From: an uncultured virus (IMG/VR IMGVR_UViG_3300005077_000019)
Lineage: Duplodnaviria > Heunggongvirae > Uroviricota > Caudoviricetes
Virus record (IMG/VR): IMGVR_UViG_3300005077_000019
DNA: 64,000 nt
Reading direction: 5' to 3' (one strand)
In this document: piece by piece, positions 50,343 to 61,460 of the stretch
How the letters are laid out: each line of letters opens with the position of its first letter
Numbering within the stretch: the first letter of the stretch is position 1
The notes under the pieces: generated by a model
Databases searched by the model: none
Seen by the model: only the letters and a program-made list of their open reading frames with translations
Told to the model about the DNA's origin: nothing
Made by a program: the position numbers and the translations under genes

Positions 50343-51722
50343 TGAGCGGAATCGGCGGAGAGACTGGGGGCAAGCTCATCACCGTCCAGGCGGAGTTGCC
50401 CCAAGACGTGGATGGCATCCTGGATGCTGTGCGGCGCATCATCCTGCTCGGGTCGGTCCAGACGATCACCCTGAAGGATGGGGAGCCCATCACCTACCAG
50501 AGGATCGTCCGCCCCGGCGAGACGCATGCACCCGATGAGACCTCGGCCAGCTTCGCTGAGCTGACTCCCTACGAGGTGGTCCGCAACATCCAGATGGAGG
50601 AGTTCGCGGAGGGGGTGCTGGCGCAGAATCTGCGGGATCTCGTCATCGAGATGTTCCTCCGGATGGCGCATGAGGGTTGGGTGGTGACACACATCTTGAT
50701 GGGGGAGCGGACCAAGTTCTGGCGGGAGCTGAAGACGTTGCCGGGGCTATCTCGCCGTCTACCCAACTTCCTGGGGGCCCGGATCGAGTACGACAAGGTT
50801 TTGCCCGATGACGTGTTCATCCTCTGTGGAGCGCGGACGAAGCACGCGACCATTGCGGAGATCAAGTTCGCTCTGAAAGGAAACGTGGATGGGAAAGGCA
50901 CTGCTCCAGAAGGCGATTGAGGCCGGCATCGTCCCGCTCCAGTCCGTGAAGCTGCTCCAGATGTGGCGCAGCCTGCCGGAGGATCTGTCTGTAGAGCAAC
51001 AGCAGGAGCGAACGCAGCAGCAGCTCCTGGAGATGGTGGAGGAGCTGGACGACCTGCTCGAGCAGGACCAGGAGATCCCCGAGATCCGGGAGACTGAGCT
51101 CGAGCTGGACGACCTGTGGGAGCAGGACGCCCGGACCGTGAACCTGGTCTACCGGATGGGGGTGCAGAACCTGACCGTTCGTCATCCGGCTGCGCGGACC
51201 AGGCAGGGAGGGTTCTTCTTCCGCCATCTGCACCCGAGCATGGAGCTGGTGCTTCGGCCGGGGACGCAGATCACAACGCAGGACAACGAGGTGTTCGAGG
51301 TTACCCAGGTCTCGCCACGCTACGTGGAGGACGTGGTGAAGTACCTGGTTTGCGATGTACAGGAGGTACCGAGCCATGCCGTTGTGCGAGGTGTGCCGGA
51401 GATCGGTCCCAAAGGGGGACCTGAAACGTAGCGGACGGCTGAATGGGCAAGTCGCCTGTCCAGCTTGCCGCGGAGAGCCGAAGGAGAAGAAGATGGCTGA
51501 GAAGACGGATCGCGCGAAGAAGCTGCTGATGTCCTTCCACATCTACGAGGTCCCCGTGGAGGAGGGTGTGGACCACGAGGTGGAGGTGGAGGGATCGTGG
51601 GGCGGCATGAACCTCAAGTACAAGACGACCTTCGACAAGGTTCGGGAGTTCTTCACCCAGCGCCGGGAGAAGACGCAGGAGGAGGGGAAGGCGCCGAGCC
51701 TGAAGTCCGTGTAGGAGGAGCC

Positions 51723-52127
51723 ATGAGCTTCTTGATCTGCGGGATCTACAATGAGCGACCAGAAATCTGCAAGCGATACCCGGAGTCAGGGTCCTACATC
51801 CCCGAGCAGTGCTCCTTCTGGTTCGACGCCGAAGGAAACCGCGAGGGGGAGTGCGATCCCCACTGCCAGGCATCCTGTTGCATGCTTCCCCGACTCGGAG
51901 GGGAGCCTGGAGGTGCTCCCCTCCCCGAGATCGCCGGAGGGATGCCCTGCAAGCACCTCATCGTCGTTGCAGAACATCCTGCGCTGTCCGGTGAGCGGTC
52001 GGCAGATCCCGAGCCTCCCGCAGATCGAGAAGGTGATCGAGAACAGCCTAGTCCTCTCGAACTGGCACTGGCCGAGATCGATCGCCGTCAGGGGGGTGGC
52101 TCTGGCACTCCACCGGTGGGCGTGTGA
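51723..52127 (+). CDS. YkgJ-like Cys-cluster protein
   Basis: CGIYNERPEICKRYP. Confidence 0.55.
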   Translation: MSFLICGIYNERPEICKRYPESGSYIPEQCSFWFDAEGNREGECDPHCQASCCMLPRLGGEPGGAPLPEIAGGMPCKHLIVVAEHPALSGERSADPEPPADREGDREQPSPLELALAEIDRRQGGGSGTPPVGV

Positions 52128-53273
52128 AGTAGGTCTGGAGCGGGCGCACCAGAGGGGGCGGATGATCCTGGAGAACCAGGAGCTGAAGTACGCCGATCTG
52201 GCCAGCCTGCCCTGGATTCCGAGGAACCAAATCGAGCCGCTCACGCCAGAGCAATTCGCGGAGCGGTTAGGAGGTATCGTGGATGAGTTCGAACGCAGAC
52301 AAGCTCAATCTGGAGCTTCAGAAGATGACGATAGGGGCGATCAACGCCTACTGCCGGGTGCTGGAGGTCCACATCAAGGCGGTGGAGCAGGGAGCCGACC
52401 CGCGTCTGAAGGGGAAGCTGGGGGAGGCGGTGGCGATGGCCTCGACGGAGCTGGGGAGGGAGCTCGAGTTGTTGCGTTTCCTACGCAGCGGCGAGACCGT
52501 CGAGGAGCCCTCGAAGGACTCTCCCGACGTCTAGTCCTCGAGGAGCTGCAAGAGAACCAGCTCGATCTCAGAGCGTTCCAGGATGCGTACTCCTGCATCA
52601 GCAGACGCGTACAGGACGTCAAGGACGAGGGCCGGATGCTGAAGCTGGTGAACTGGTCCGGGACCTCGGCGGTCATGGGCTCCCTGGAGCTGTCCGTCCA
52701 CGCCATGGAGCGCACCGTAGAGGAGCTGAAGAGCATCCTCAACAGGATCGACGCTGGAGTGATCCCGAACCTGGATGAGGATTCCGATGGCTAAGACGAT
52801 GAAGAAGGCGATCGACAAGAGGGCTCGACTGCTCAAGGAGGCCATCGAGCTTTCGGGAGTCACAGAGGTGGTGCGCTGTTCGGCGGACGACGGCTCTGTG
52901 AAGGTGCTCTACAGGGTCCACGAGAAGCGGCTCTGGCTGGGGATCTTGGAGTACATCCTCTCCAGGGCGGACGGCTGGAGCGCGCACATCTGTCAGCAGT
53001 ACTTCATGCGGAACGGCCGTCTGGTCTACGGGTGGAACTTCATCCTGCAGGGTGTGGACCTGAACACCGCCACGGAGAAGGTGGCCAAGCTACTCCAGCA
53101 GGCGGCGCAGGTTGTCCCGAAGACGGTGGGCCGTGGACCGCTGGAGAGCTACCCGCTGATGGGAGCCAGTCCGCGTAGGACGGCCAAGATCGCCTTCGAC
53201 CCTCGGTTGCCGGGTCCGGACAAGGGTGGACCCAGCCACAAGGGGGCGTTCTCCATCAGGACAGGAGAGTGAG

Positions 53274-53981
53274 ATGGGCGACTTCTACGGTCCCGAGGAC
53301 AGCAACAAGCACCTCGAAAACGGCCAGGTGATCGAGGATGGCACGGCTAGCCTCGAGCCTGCCGAGCTGAGCGACGAAGAGCAGGACGCGGTCAAGAAGA
53401 AGATCGCGGCCATCGACAAGCTACTGGGCGGCAAGGGTGTGGTCGCCCACTACAAGATCGAGGTCCAGTTCGGTAAGGGTCGCTCGACCTGGAAGCCCTT
53501 CCCGGGAGCGATCTCCCTCTACCTGAGCGGGACGAAGCTCAACGGGGGAGGAGACGAGAAGCTCTACGTCTGTCCCCGGCAGGACTGCCCAGGGATCATC
53601 CCGCCGTTCCGTCGCTTCGTCCAGCAGACCAAGGACGGCAGGGCGGTCGCCTGTGTGCCCTGTCCGAAGTGTGGCACGATGTGGCCGGAGAACGATCTGG
53701 TGGGGGAGGTCTTCTTCCGGCTGGCTCCACCTGACTGGGCCACGGTGATTCTGCGCTTCTTCACCAGGCTGGAGAACAACGCGGACATCTACGTGAAGTA
53801 CCACCCGATGGACATCCGTGCCCAGACCATGATGGAGCTGGCCAGGGCCAGGGGCGGGGAGGCGATCAACAAGGCGAGGAGCAATCGTGGGTTGCACATC
53901 TACCCGCTGAAGAACATCATCAGGGACACGGGCAATGGCGCGCAGCTCTACGATCGGATCCTGGCGTTCATCAAGGCATGA
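53274..53981 (+). CDS. Zn-binding hypothetical protein
   Basis: RBS; CxxxxC and CPKC motifs. Confidence 0.65.
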   Translation: MGDFYGPEDSNKHLENGQVIEDGTASLEPAELSDEEQDAVKKKIAAIDKLLGGKGVVAHYKIEVQFGKGRSTWKPFPGAISLYLSGTKLNGGGDEKLYVCPRQDCPGIIPPFRRFVQQTKDGRAVACVPCPKCGTMWPENDLVGEVFFRLAPPDWATVILRFFTRLENNADIYVKYHPMDIRAQTMMELARARGGEAINKARSNRGLHIYPLKNIIRDTGNGAQLYDRILAFIKA

Positions 53982-54406
53982 GGGTAAGAAAACGCAGAGC
54001 CGACCGGCACAATCTGGCGCCTGACTCCCTGCGGCCTCCGACGGCGGGGATTTCAACCCGGCATCTCCTTGGCGGGGATCCCTTAGCCTGGCGGCCTCGG
54101 CGACTTCGTTAGTCCAAGCCGGAGACAAGGAGCTTATACCAACCATGGGATCAACATTTCAGGCGGTTCTGGACAGGAGGCGGGACCTGTTGCATCGCCG
54201 CGCCATCTGGAACGAAGTGGTTGATCATCTCAGCAGATTCCTGGATACTGATGCCGCGAAGGCGAAGCATGGCATCGCGTCCGGGACGGAGGAGATGGTC
54301 GTCCCGCAGTCCGCGGTCCATGGAGTGATCGTGGAGATCAAGAACGGCTATCTGGCCGAGATAGCCGAGGAGCTAACCAAGATCGACAAGAGCGAGGTGG
54401 CTGAGC

Positions 54407-55144
54407 ATGTCGCACAACAGGACCAAGGCAGGAAGAAGGCAGGCATCAAGGGAAAAGCTGGCAAAGCGGCGCGAGCCAAAGGGTAGCCAGAAGCCGGAGA
54501 CCGATCTCGAGCGCAAGCGGGCCACCGTCGCCCAGGTGGCGCGGGTCTACTCCACGCTCGAGGGGAGGCTCTCGGCCTTCGAGAAGAAGACCACCGCGGC
54601 TGTCCAGCAGCTCTACGCCAACGAGGAGGAGCTGAAGGGCGGGATCACCTCGGCGGAGTTCAATCTCCGGACGCACCAGAAGGTGCTCAACGCCATCTGC
54701 TTGGAGCTGGAGCGCTTCCGCCTGCTCTTCCAGGCCATCCTGCCTCCGGAGCAGAGGGACACGCTGGATCAGCCCGTGGTCCAGATGGCCGAGGTCACGC
54801 TCCCGCCGGCGCAGGAGGGTGGCGATCCCGTGGTTGTGCGCCGCCCCAACTGGCCGTACTATCATGAGCAGGTCGAGAAGGATCTGAGGATCCTGGCCGA
54901 GCTGGAGGCGCAGAAGATCGCGGAGGCGAAGGCAGCCGCGGAGGCAGAGGCGAGGGAGAAGGAGGCCGTCAAGGCGGCGGAAGAGAAGGCAGCCCTCGAG
55001 GCGGAGGCGGTGATGGACGATGGGGAGGAGGGTGAGCTTCCGGAGGAGATCGCCGAGCTCGGGGAGGGGGCAAAAGAAGAGGCTCAGGGTGAGCCTCTTC
55101 CGAACAACGAGTTCCCAGAGGACGCATCGATCTTCGGAGGATGA
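54407..55144 (+). CDS. Hypothetical protein
   Basis: ORF with GAGG RBS. Confidence 0.65.
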   Translation: MSHNRTKAGRRQASREKLAKRREPKGSQKPETDLERKRATVAQVARVYSTLEGRLSAFEKKTTAAVQQLYANEEELKGGITSAEFNLRTHQKVLNAICLELERFRLLFQAILPPEQRDTLDQPVVQMAEVTLPPAQEGGDPVVVRRPNWPYYHEQVEKDLRILAELEAQKIAEAKAAAEAEAREKEAVKAAEEKAALEAEAVMDDGEEGELPEEIAELGEGAKEEAQGEPLPNNEFPEDASIFGG

Positions 55145-55335
55145 GCATGGCCGTCATCAGAGGCACGAGGCAGAACAAGAAGCGCGAAGCCATCGCGGTG
55201 GTCCGCACCGGGCATCCAGCAGCCTTCCGGAAGATGCGCTGCCCGAAGTGCTCCCTGGGCTACGCAGTGGCCGACAACGAAGACCCCTCGATCTACGAGT
55301 GCAAGCGCTGCAAGCACCGCTTCAAGTCCACCCGC

Positions 55336-56688
55336 CTATAGCGCCGGGTTGAAGCACTCCTCGACCTTCTTGTCCGTCCTCAGCCGCATGAACCGGGGGA
55401 ACTGCAGGGCGTTGCTCTTCCTGCCCTTCGAGACGTAGGACCGGTTCGTGTACTCCACCTGCGCCACCGCCGGGTAGTCGGCCGCCTTCTCCAGGTACTC
55501 CCGATCGTCGTCGGTGAAGCCGCTGCACTCGCAGATGTAGATCAGCTCCCCCGCCATGTTGTACTGGTAGAGGGAGATCGACCCCACCGAGCTGGAGTTC
55601 TTGCCGCTGCCGTAGCTCCCCCGTGGCATCTCCTTGGTGCCCTTCTCCGGCTCCCAGAAGGCCACGAAGTCGTCCTCGTAGACAGGCTTGATCTTGAAGC
55701 AGCACTTGGGCCGGTCGGGCTTGCCGTGGAAGGAGTAGCTGTACTCCCCCATGACCTCGGCCCGCTCGTAGGCTACGAAGCCTTCCCAGCCGTGCTTCTC
55801 CACGAGGGTCATGGCTTCTGGCAAGGGCACCTCCACGTTCTCCAGGGGAAACAGGAAGGGCTCGGAGTCCACGAAGTACTCCAGGAAGCGATCGGTGAAC
55901 GTGTTCTCGATGAGGTGGCACTGCTGCTCGCAGGTGTTGATCTTCTCCAGCGCCGTCCCCTTCCACAGAGGGATCCGCAGGAGGTAGAACTTGACCAGGC
56001 CGCCCTCCTCTTGCAGTTGCAGTGCTCGAGCGGGCTTGGAGCGCATGACGGACTGGACCGCCTCGAACTCGTCCGCGGTGTTGCCCTCCCCCATGAACGC
56101 TTCCCAGAGCAGGATGCTCTCCGGCGGGAAGCGCATCCCCGATGGCCCCAGGGCGAGGGTCATGTGGGGGAAGAGCTCGGTGACGTCATCCAGGCGCCGG
56201 CTGTAGAGGTGTGCCTCCCCTTCGTGGTCAATGTGGGAGATCACCATCATGCCGTTGACCTTCCGGGTCAGCAGCAGTTGTCCGGCCCGCTCGAGCTTCT
56301 CGGCGTAGCCGGCGGACACGCTGTTGCGGGGCTTGGAGAAGCAGAGGTTCTTGGGCAGGGGCTGGTCGTGTCGGATCTCATCCGCGGTGCCTCCCAGCAG
56401 GGGTCGGCCATCGAGACCCACCTCGGCGTAGCCCTCCTCCATCTTCTTGCGGATGAGGCGGTCGGCATTGAAGCAAGCGTTCGCCTCTGCCGTCACGTAC
56501 GCCTTGGTGCCCGGCTTCCCCTTCGGCCCGGGTCGGTCCTTGGTGTCGCCGTGCTTCTTCCTCTTGCCCTTGATGATGGCACCCCATTCAGTTGTGATCG
56601 TCTCGACCGGCGCTCCTGGAGCGGCCTCGAAGCCGATCATCCAGTAGCGTTCGCCCGATCGACCGTGTTGTTGTCGAAACTCACGCAT
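55336..56688 (-). CDS. ATP-dependent DNA ligase with N-terminal WGR-like domain
   Basis: Motif I RKVNG, EGFV, FKIKP, LQFPRFMRLRTDK. Confidence 0.85.
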   Translation of the reverse strand: MREFRQQHGRSGERYWMIGFEAAPGAPVETITTEWGAIIKGKRKKHGDTKDRPGPKGKPGTKAYVTAEANACFNADRLIRKKMEEGYAEVGLDGRPLLGGTADEIRHDQPLPKNLCFSKPRNSVSAGYAEKLERAGQLLLTRKVNGMMVISHIDHEGEAHLYSRRLDDVTELFPHMTLALGPSGMRFPPESILLWEAFMGEGNTADEFEAVQSVMRSKPARALQLQEEGGLVKFYLLRIPLWKGTALEKINTCEQQCHLIENTFTDRFLEYFVDSEPFLFPLENVEVPLPEAMTLVEKHGWEGFVAYERAEVMGEYSYSFHGKPDRPKCCFKIKPVYEDDFVAFWEPEKGTKEMPRGSYGSGKNSSSVGSISLYQYNMAGELIYICECSGFTDDDREYLEKAADYPAVAQVEYTNRSYVSKGRKSNALQFPRFMRLRTDKKVEECFNPAL

Positions 56689-57436
56689 TGTTCCTCCTGT
56701 GCGGTAGATGGGGGATAACTGCCCTTCTTATAACAAGATCTTGACCAAAGGGAACAAGATGATACCATGCCCCTATGATTGCACGCACCGTTGAGATCTC
56801 ATTCGGGCTTCCGGGTGGCAAGGCACTTCAGGACTACAGCAAGGAGGAGCTAGCTGAGGGCATGGACCTCGAGCTCCGCGGCTTCGAAGCGTGGTTCAAG
56901 AAGCAGGGGAACCACGGGTTGATCGGTCCAGAGCGGGCGATCCTCAAGACCTACCTTGCCTGGAAGACGCTCTATGCAGAGGACATCGTGGATCCCCAGG
57001 CTGGAGGACGGGATCATGGGTAAATCGATCGTCATTCAGATCACGTGCGACCGATGTACCCGTGTTGAGCATCGGCCGATGTCGGACGCCCAGGCTCCAG
57101 ACGACAAGAAGAAGCCGGACTTCGTGGGGCTCTACCTGGGGCAGCGGATCGAGTTCCAGGACCTCTGCACTCCATGTCAAGAGATCGTGGCTGGGCACTG
57201 GAAGCAGATCGCCAAGAACCTCACCAAGTCTTCTCCGCAGCGTCCGAAGAAGGACGGCTAAAGATCGGATCTGCGGGGCCTTCCCCAGTCCTCACTCATC
57301 CCGGAGGATGGCACACCGGGGAGCAGATCCTTCACGGGCTGCGCATTCCCGCGCATAGGCCTTATACCCACGACTGCGATTGAGATTTCAGGGGGTGGGT
57401 GCTAGCCTAGTTCTTGCACCAGCGGGGTACGTGTAG

Positions 57437-60400
57437 ATGCCCATCACGTCACAACAAGTTGGAGGGATGATCGGCGGACAGCAGGCGATGTTCGGCAACT
57501 TCGCCAGCTACGCCCAGCAGATCAGCCCCGGCTATGGTGGACCCCCTCCCACGTATCAGAACCCGATGATGGGGCAGGGCGAGGCGTTCCAAGCCCCGCC
57601 GCCTCCCACCTGGAGCTCGCTGGACGCCCAAGCAGCTCAGGACATGGGCCCCCGGGCCATCAGCGCCATGGGCAACGTCGGCCTTCCGATGATGGGTGGG
57701 GCGATGATGCTGGGCGGCTCGATGCTGCCTGGGGCTGCTGGTCGCTTCATGGGCGGGCTCGATCCCTACACGTCGGCCTTCCGAGGCTTCCGCGGGGCGG
57801 TGGGTGGTTTCGGTGGGGCCAACCTGGGGAGGATCGCTTCTGGGGGGATCGGTAGCATCGCTCGAGCGGGTATGGCCGGCATCGGTGGAGCCGCGGCCAA
57901 CTTCCTGCCGCTGTACGCGATCGGGAAAGGGATCCAGTACAGCGTGGGGCAGATGGTGGAGGGCGCGCAGTTCCAGAACCAGGTGCAGGGCGTTCTGAAC
58001 CAGCAGTTCCGGCACGTCAACCCGGCGTCGGCCACGGGCTTCGGGTTCAGCCGCGAGGAGGGAGCAGGGATCTCCGGGATGATCCGGGAGATGGGTCACC
58101 GGGACATGATGACCACTCCCCAGGAGCTGCTGCGCGTGATGCAGCAGGGTTCTCAGATGGGGGTGTTCAAGGCCGTCCAGGACGCTCGAGAGTTCCGGAA
58201 GAAGTTCACCGACATGGTGGGCGCGCTGAAGGAGGTCTCGAAGGTCATGAACACGACGCTGGAGGGGGCAATGCCCTTCTTCCAGTCGGCGCGTCAGATG
58301 GGTTTCTGGACACCGCAGGACATCCAGCGATCGGCAGCCCAGGTCCACGGAGTAGCGGCCACCACTGGCATGAGCGTGGCCCAGGTCCACTCGATGATGG
58401 GCCAAGGCGCTCAGATGGCTCGGAGCATCGGGGCGCAGGGGATCACCGGGGCGCAGGGGATGATGCAGTCCTTGGGCTTCGTGGGTGGGGGACTTCGTGG
58501 TGGGGCGATCACTTCCCAAGAGCTGTCTGAGGCGACGGGTGGGCTGACTGGTCAGGAGGCGATCCAGTCGATGGCTGGCACGCTTCAGGCATCCACGACC
58601 AGATTCGCTGCCGGAAGGCAGGCCCGGTGGATGCTGGCTGCTCTTGGCGGCAAGGGATTCCGGGGTTTCGATGCCGGGCGCATGCAGATGATGCAGTCCG
58701 GTCTGATGGGGTTGGGGGAGATCGGTTCTCAGGCTCGGAAGAACATCGGTCGAGAGGGCGCCTTCAACTTCGTGATGAATGAGCAGGACCTCCGGGGAGA
58801 GCTGGTCAAGCAGGGCCCGGAGGCGCAGCTCGGTTTCGTCCAGGCCATCGCGGGCAAGCACCTCTACGGGGAGGGAGCGCGGAGTCAGTACATCACCCGG
58901 CGCTTGATGCAGCGCTACTTCGGGGTGAGCGGTCGGCAGGCGGACATGCTGGCGCGTCTTGCTCGAGAAGCGCCCAGGATCTTCGAGCAGAACCGGGCCC
59001 GATCTGCAGAGCTCATGGATGCGCAGGAGCGTCAGCGCGACGACGTCATGAACGACTCCTGGGAGGGCTTGAAGAGGAAGGCCTCGGAGTGGTGGGACAA
59101 CAACATCAAGGAGCCTCTCCAGCGCTTCGGCGCCGACATGTCGCGGCAGATCGGAAACTTCTGGGAGCGCACCACCGACAAGTTCTGGGGCCGTGCCCCT
59201 CGGTCCATGCGTTTCAGAGGCATGGACCGACACGCCATGCAGTCCATGCAGCAGGCGATGTTGGGCAATACCCGGTCTATGGAGGAGGCGTTCGGCAAGC
59301 CTGGTGAGGCGGAGGCTGTTCTGGGCCGGCGAGCTGGTGGAACTCTAGGCCTGGTAGGTCCGGAGAGCGGTCAGCTTGGGTGGGAGACGCGCGGCCTACG
59401 CGGCTGGGACATGATGGCCAACATCGGCCTGGCCGGGCTGGGGATGGGGGAGCAGACCAACGCCCCGATCGAGGCCATGAGGCGCCTTGGCTACGGAGAG
59501 TACGCCTACAAGTCGGAGCGCGAGAGATCGGCCGCTGTGCAACGCGGAGAGGTCGTGGCTGGCGCCACCCGTGGGGGACCTGGAGCTGGGGCCTACCGAG
59601 CCTTCGCTGCCCAAGATCTCCGTCAGGCCAGTGCAGGCCTCGCCGCAGCTATCGGTGGGACTGGGGCGTTGACGCAGGAGCAGGCCACGGTCGGGTTGGG
59701 CTTCGGGGGCAAAGACGAGGCTCAGAAGGCACTGCGCGCGGCTCAGGAGGAGATGGGCTCCACAGCCTTCATGAATGCGTCCATGCAGCTCCGAGAGTCC
59801 ATGGGTGAGCAAGGAACTGGTGCGGGTAGAGCGCAACGGCTCGTTCGGATGATCCGAGAAAAGAAGGTGGGTGGCGACTATCTCAGGCGGCTGGTGGGCA
59901 CGGAGAAGGATACACCCATGCAGGTCGCCATGATGCGCTTGGCGACCGCTGATCCCAATCGTGGCGGTCGTGCGGCTGTTGACCTTTCTGAGGAGGCCAA
60001 AGATCTGAAGGGCGTGGACATGGGGGACATCCGCTCCATCGAGAAGCGTCTCGCTGATCTGATGGAGGAGAACGCCGGGAACGTGGGTGCTGTCCTCGGT
60101 GCTGGGGCGCATGGAGTGGCAGATCCGATCAAGGCCAAGGACAACCAGCGTACGATCATGGACATGTTCGCCAAGGACAAGAGTGGCGACTACAAACGCG
60201 CGATGCGTTTGATGGCTTCCGGCGACACGCCGGAGGAGAAGAGGGCGAACCAAGTTAAGGCCCGTGCGCTGTTCATGCGAATGGCCAACGACAAGTCCTT
60301 CTCGGATGAGGAGAGCAAGCTGCTGCGTCGCATGGGTGACCCCGACGATCCCATGCGCGGCGCTCTGGATCGCACCATTGGCAGCATGGGCAAGATCTCC

Positions 60401-61234
60401 AAGGCCCAGGCTGCCTTCGGCACAGCAGAGCTGGTGAAGAGGAGGATGACGCGTCTCCAGACAGCCATGGGCGAGGACCAAGAGCGGATCTTGGACACGT
60501 TGGACAAGATCCGCATGGATAAGGGTGGTGGAGCGAAGGGTGGGCTGGGAGAGCACGTCCGCGGCATGATGCGACGTGGCTTGGCTGAGTCCACTCCCCA
60601 ACAACTGATGAAGGACGTCCAGGACATCACGCGATCGGCCATGGAGGGGGACGTGGAGGATGTCTCTCGCGCCATGGCCGAGATGAAGGACTTGCCTGGT
60701 GGTGAGTTCATCTACACGTCCCTCCAGGCTGGTATGCAGGCGCGTCAGGCGGCCAAGGGGCTCACCGGGAAGGGACGCTTCGGTGGTGGGCGCTCTGTCA
60801 CGGCAGCCAACCTCCTCATGCAGGGGTTGGGCACCGACATCTCCAAGGAGGAGCTCGCTGCACTCGGGACTGCGAAGGCAGACGAGGCCCAGGGCAAGAT
60901 CTTGGGCCGGATCAAGTCCGACGAGCAACGTGGTCAGGCAAGGACCCTGCTCGAGGGCATCCGCGAGGGCAAGCTCGACAAGATCATGTCGGCAGGCCTC
61001 GCCAGCGCCAGGGTACGTGCAATGGGCGCCATGGGAGCCTCTGAGAAGGGACTCGACCGGCAGTTGAAGGTCGCCGTCAAGCCTGGTGAGTGGGGTGGAG
61101 CCCAGGGAAGCCCGAAGGCTATGCACACCACGTTGGTGGCGATCAAGGACACGTTGGTCAAGATCTCCGAGTCGAAGGGCATCAAGGGTGAGGGCGGGAC
61201 GACCGACAATCCGAAAGAGAAGCCGAAGGACTAG
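57437..61234 (+). CDS. Tape-measure-like protein
   Basis: 1265 aa, A/G/M-rich helical, upstream of tail genes. Confidence 0.65.
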   Translation: MPITSQQVGGMIGGQQAMFGNFASYAQQISPGYGGPPPTYQNPMMGQGEAFQAPPPPTWSSLDAQAAQDMGPRAISAMGNVGLPMMGGAMMLGGSMLPGAAGRFMGGLDPYTSAFRGFRGAVGGFGGANLGRIASGGIGSIARAGMAGIGGAAANFLPLYAIGKGIQYSVGQMVEGAQFQNQVQGVLNQQFRHVNPASATGFGFSREEGAGISGMIREMGHRDMMTTPQELLRVMQQGSQMGVFKAVQDAREFRKKFTDMVGALKEVSKVMNTTLEGAMPFFQSARQMGFWTPQDIQRSAAQVHGVAATTGMSVAQVHSMMGQGAQMARSIGAQGITGAQGMMQSLGFVGGGLRGGAITSQELSEATGGLTGQEAIQSMAGTLQASTTRFAAGRQARWMLAALGGKGFRGFDAGRMQMMQSGLMGLGEIGSQARKNIGREGAFNFVMNEQDLRGELVKQGPEAQLGFVQAIAGKHLYGEGARSQYITRRLMQRYFGVSGRQADMLARLAREAPRIFEQNRARSAELMDAQERQRDDVMNDSWEGLKRKASEWWDNNIKEPLQRFGADMSRQIGNFWERTTDKFWGRAPRSMRFRGMDRHAMQSMQQAMLGNTRSMEEAFGKPGEAEAVLGRRAGGTLGLVGPESGQLGWETRGLRGWDMMANIGLAGLGMGEQTNAPIEAMRRLGYGEYAYKSERERSAAVQRGEVVAGATRGGPGAGAYRAFAAQDLRQASAGLAAAIGGTGALTQEQATVGLGFGGKDEAQKALRAAQEEMGSTAFMNASMQLRESMGEQGTGAGRAQRLVRMIREKKVGGDYLRRLVGTEKDTPMQVAMMRLATADPNRGGRAAVDLSEEAKDLKGVDMGDIRSIEKRLADLMEENAGNVGAVLGAGAHGVADPIKAKDNQRTIMDMFAKDKSGDYKRAMRLMASGDTPEEKRANQVKARALFMRMANDKSFSDEESKLLRRMGDPDDPMRGALDRTIGSMGKISKAQAAFGTAELVKRRMTRLQTAMGEDQERILDTLDKIRMDKGGGAKGGLGEHVRGMMRRGLAESTPQQLMKDVQDITRSAMEGDVEDVSRAMAEMKDLPGGEFIYTSLQAGMQARQAAKGLTGKGRFGGGRSVTAANLLMQGLGTDISKEELAALGTAKADEAQGKILGRIKSDEQRGQARTLLEGIREGKLDKIMSAGLASARVRAMGAMGASEKGLDRQLKVAVKPGEWGGAQGSPKAMHTTLVAIKDTLVKISESKGIKGEGGTTDNPKEKPKD

Positions 61235-61460
61235 CGATGGCTGATTGTCGCATCGAAGCAGAGCGGCGCTACACCCTAGCCAACGGCCGGGTGGTGACGG
61301 TGATCTTGCGCGACTCCATCGTGCCGGAAGATCCGTACCTCAACCTGGCGCGGGCCAAGATGTTGTCGATCAGGACGGGTGAGGCGTTCGACGCCAACCG
61401 GATCTCCAGGCAGATCAAGGACTACTTGATCAAGACCAACGTGTCGATCTAGGAGCAGAC

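Noticed and set aside
57449..61126. Long minus-strand ORFs (594 and 576 aa)
   Set aside because: Antisense shadows of the GC-rich tape-measure-like gene
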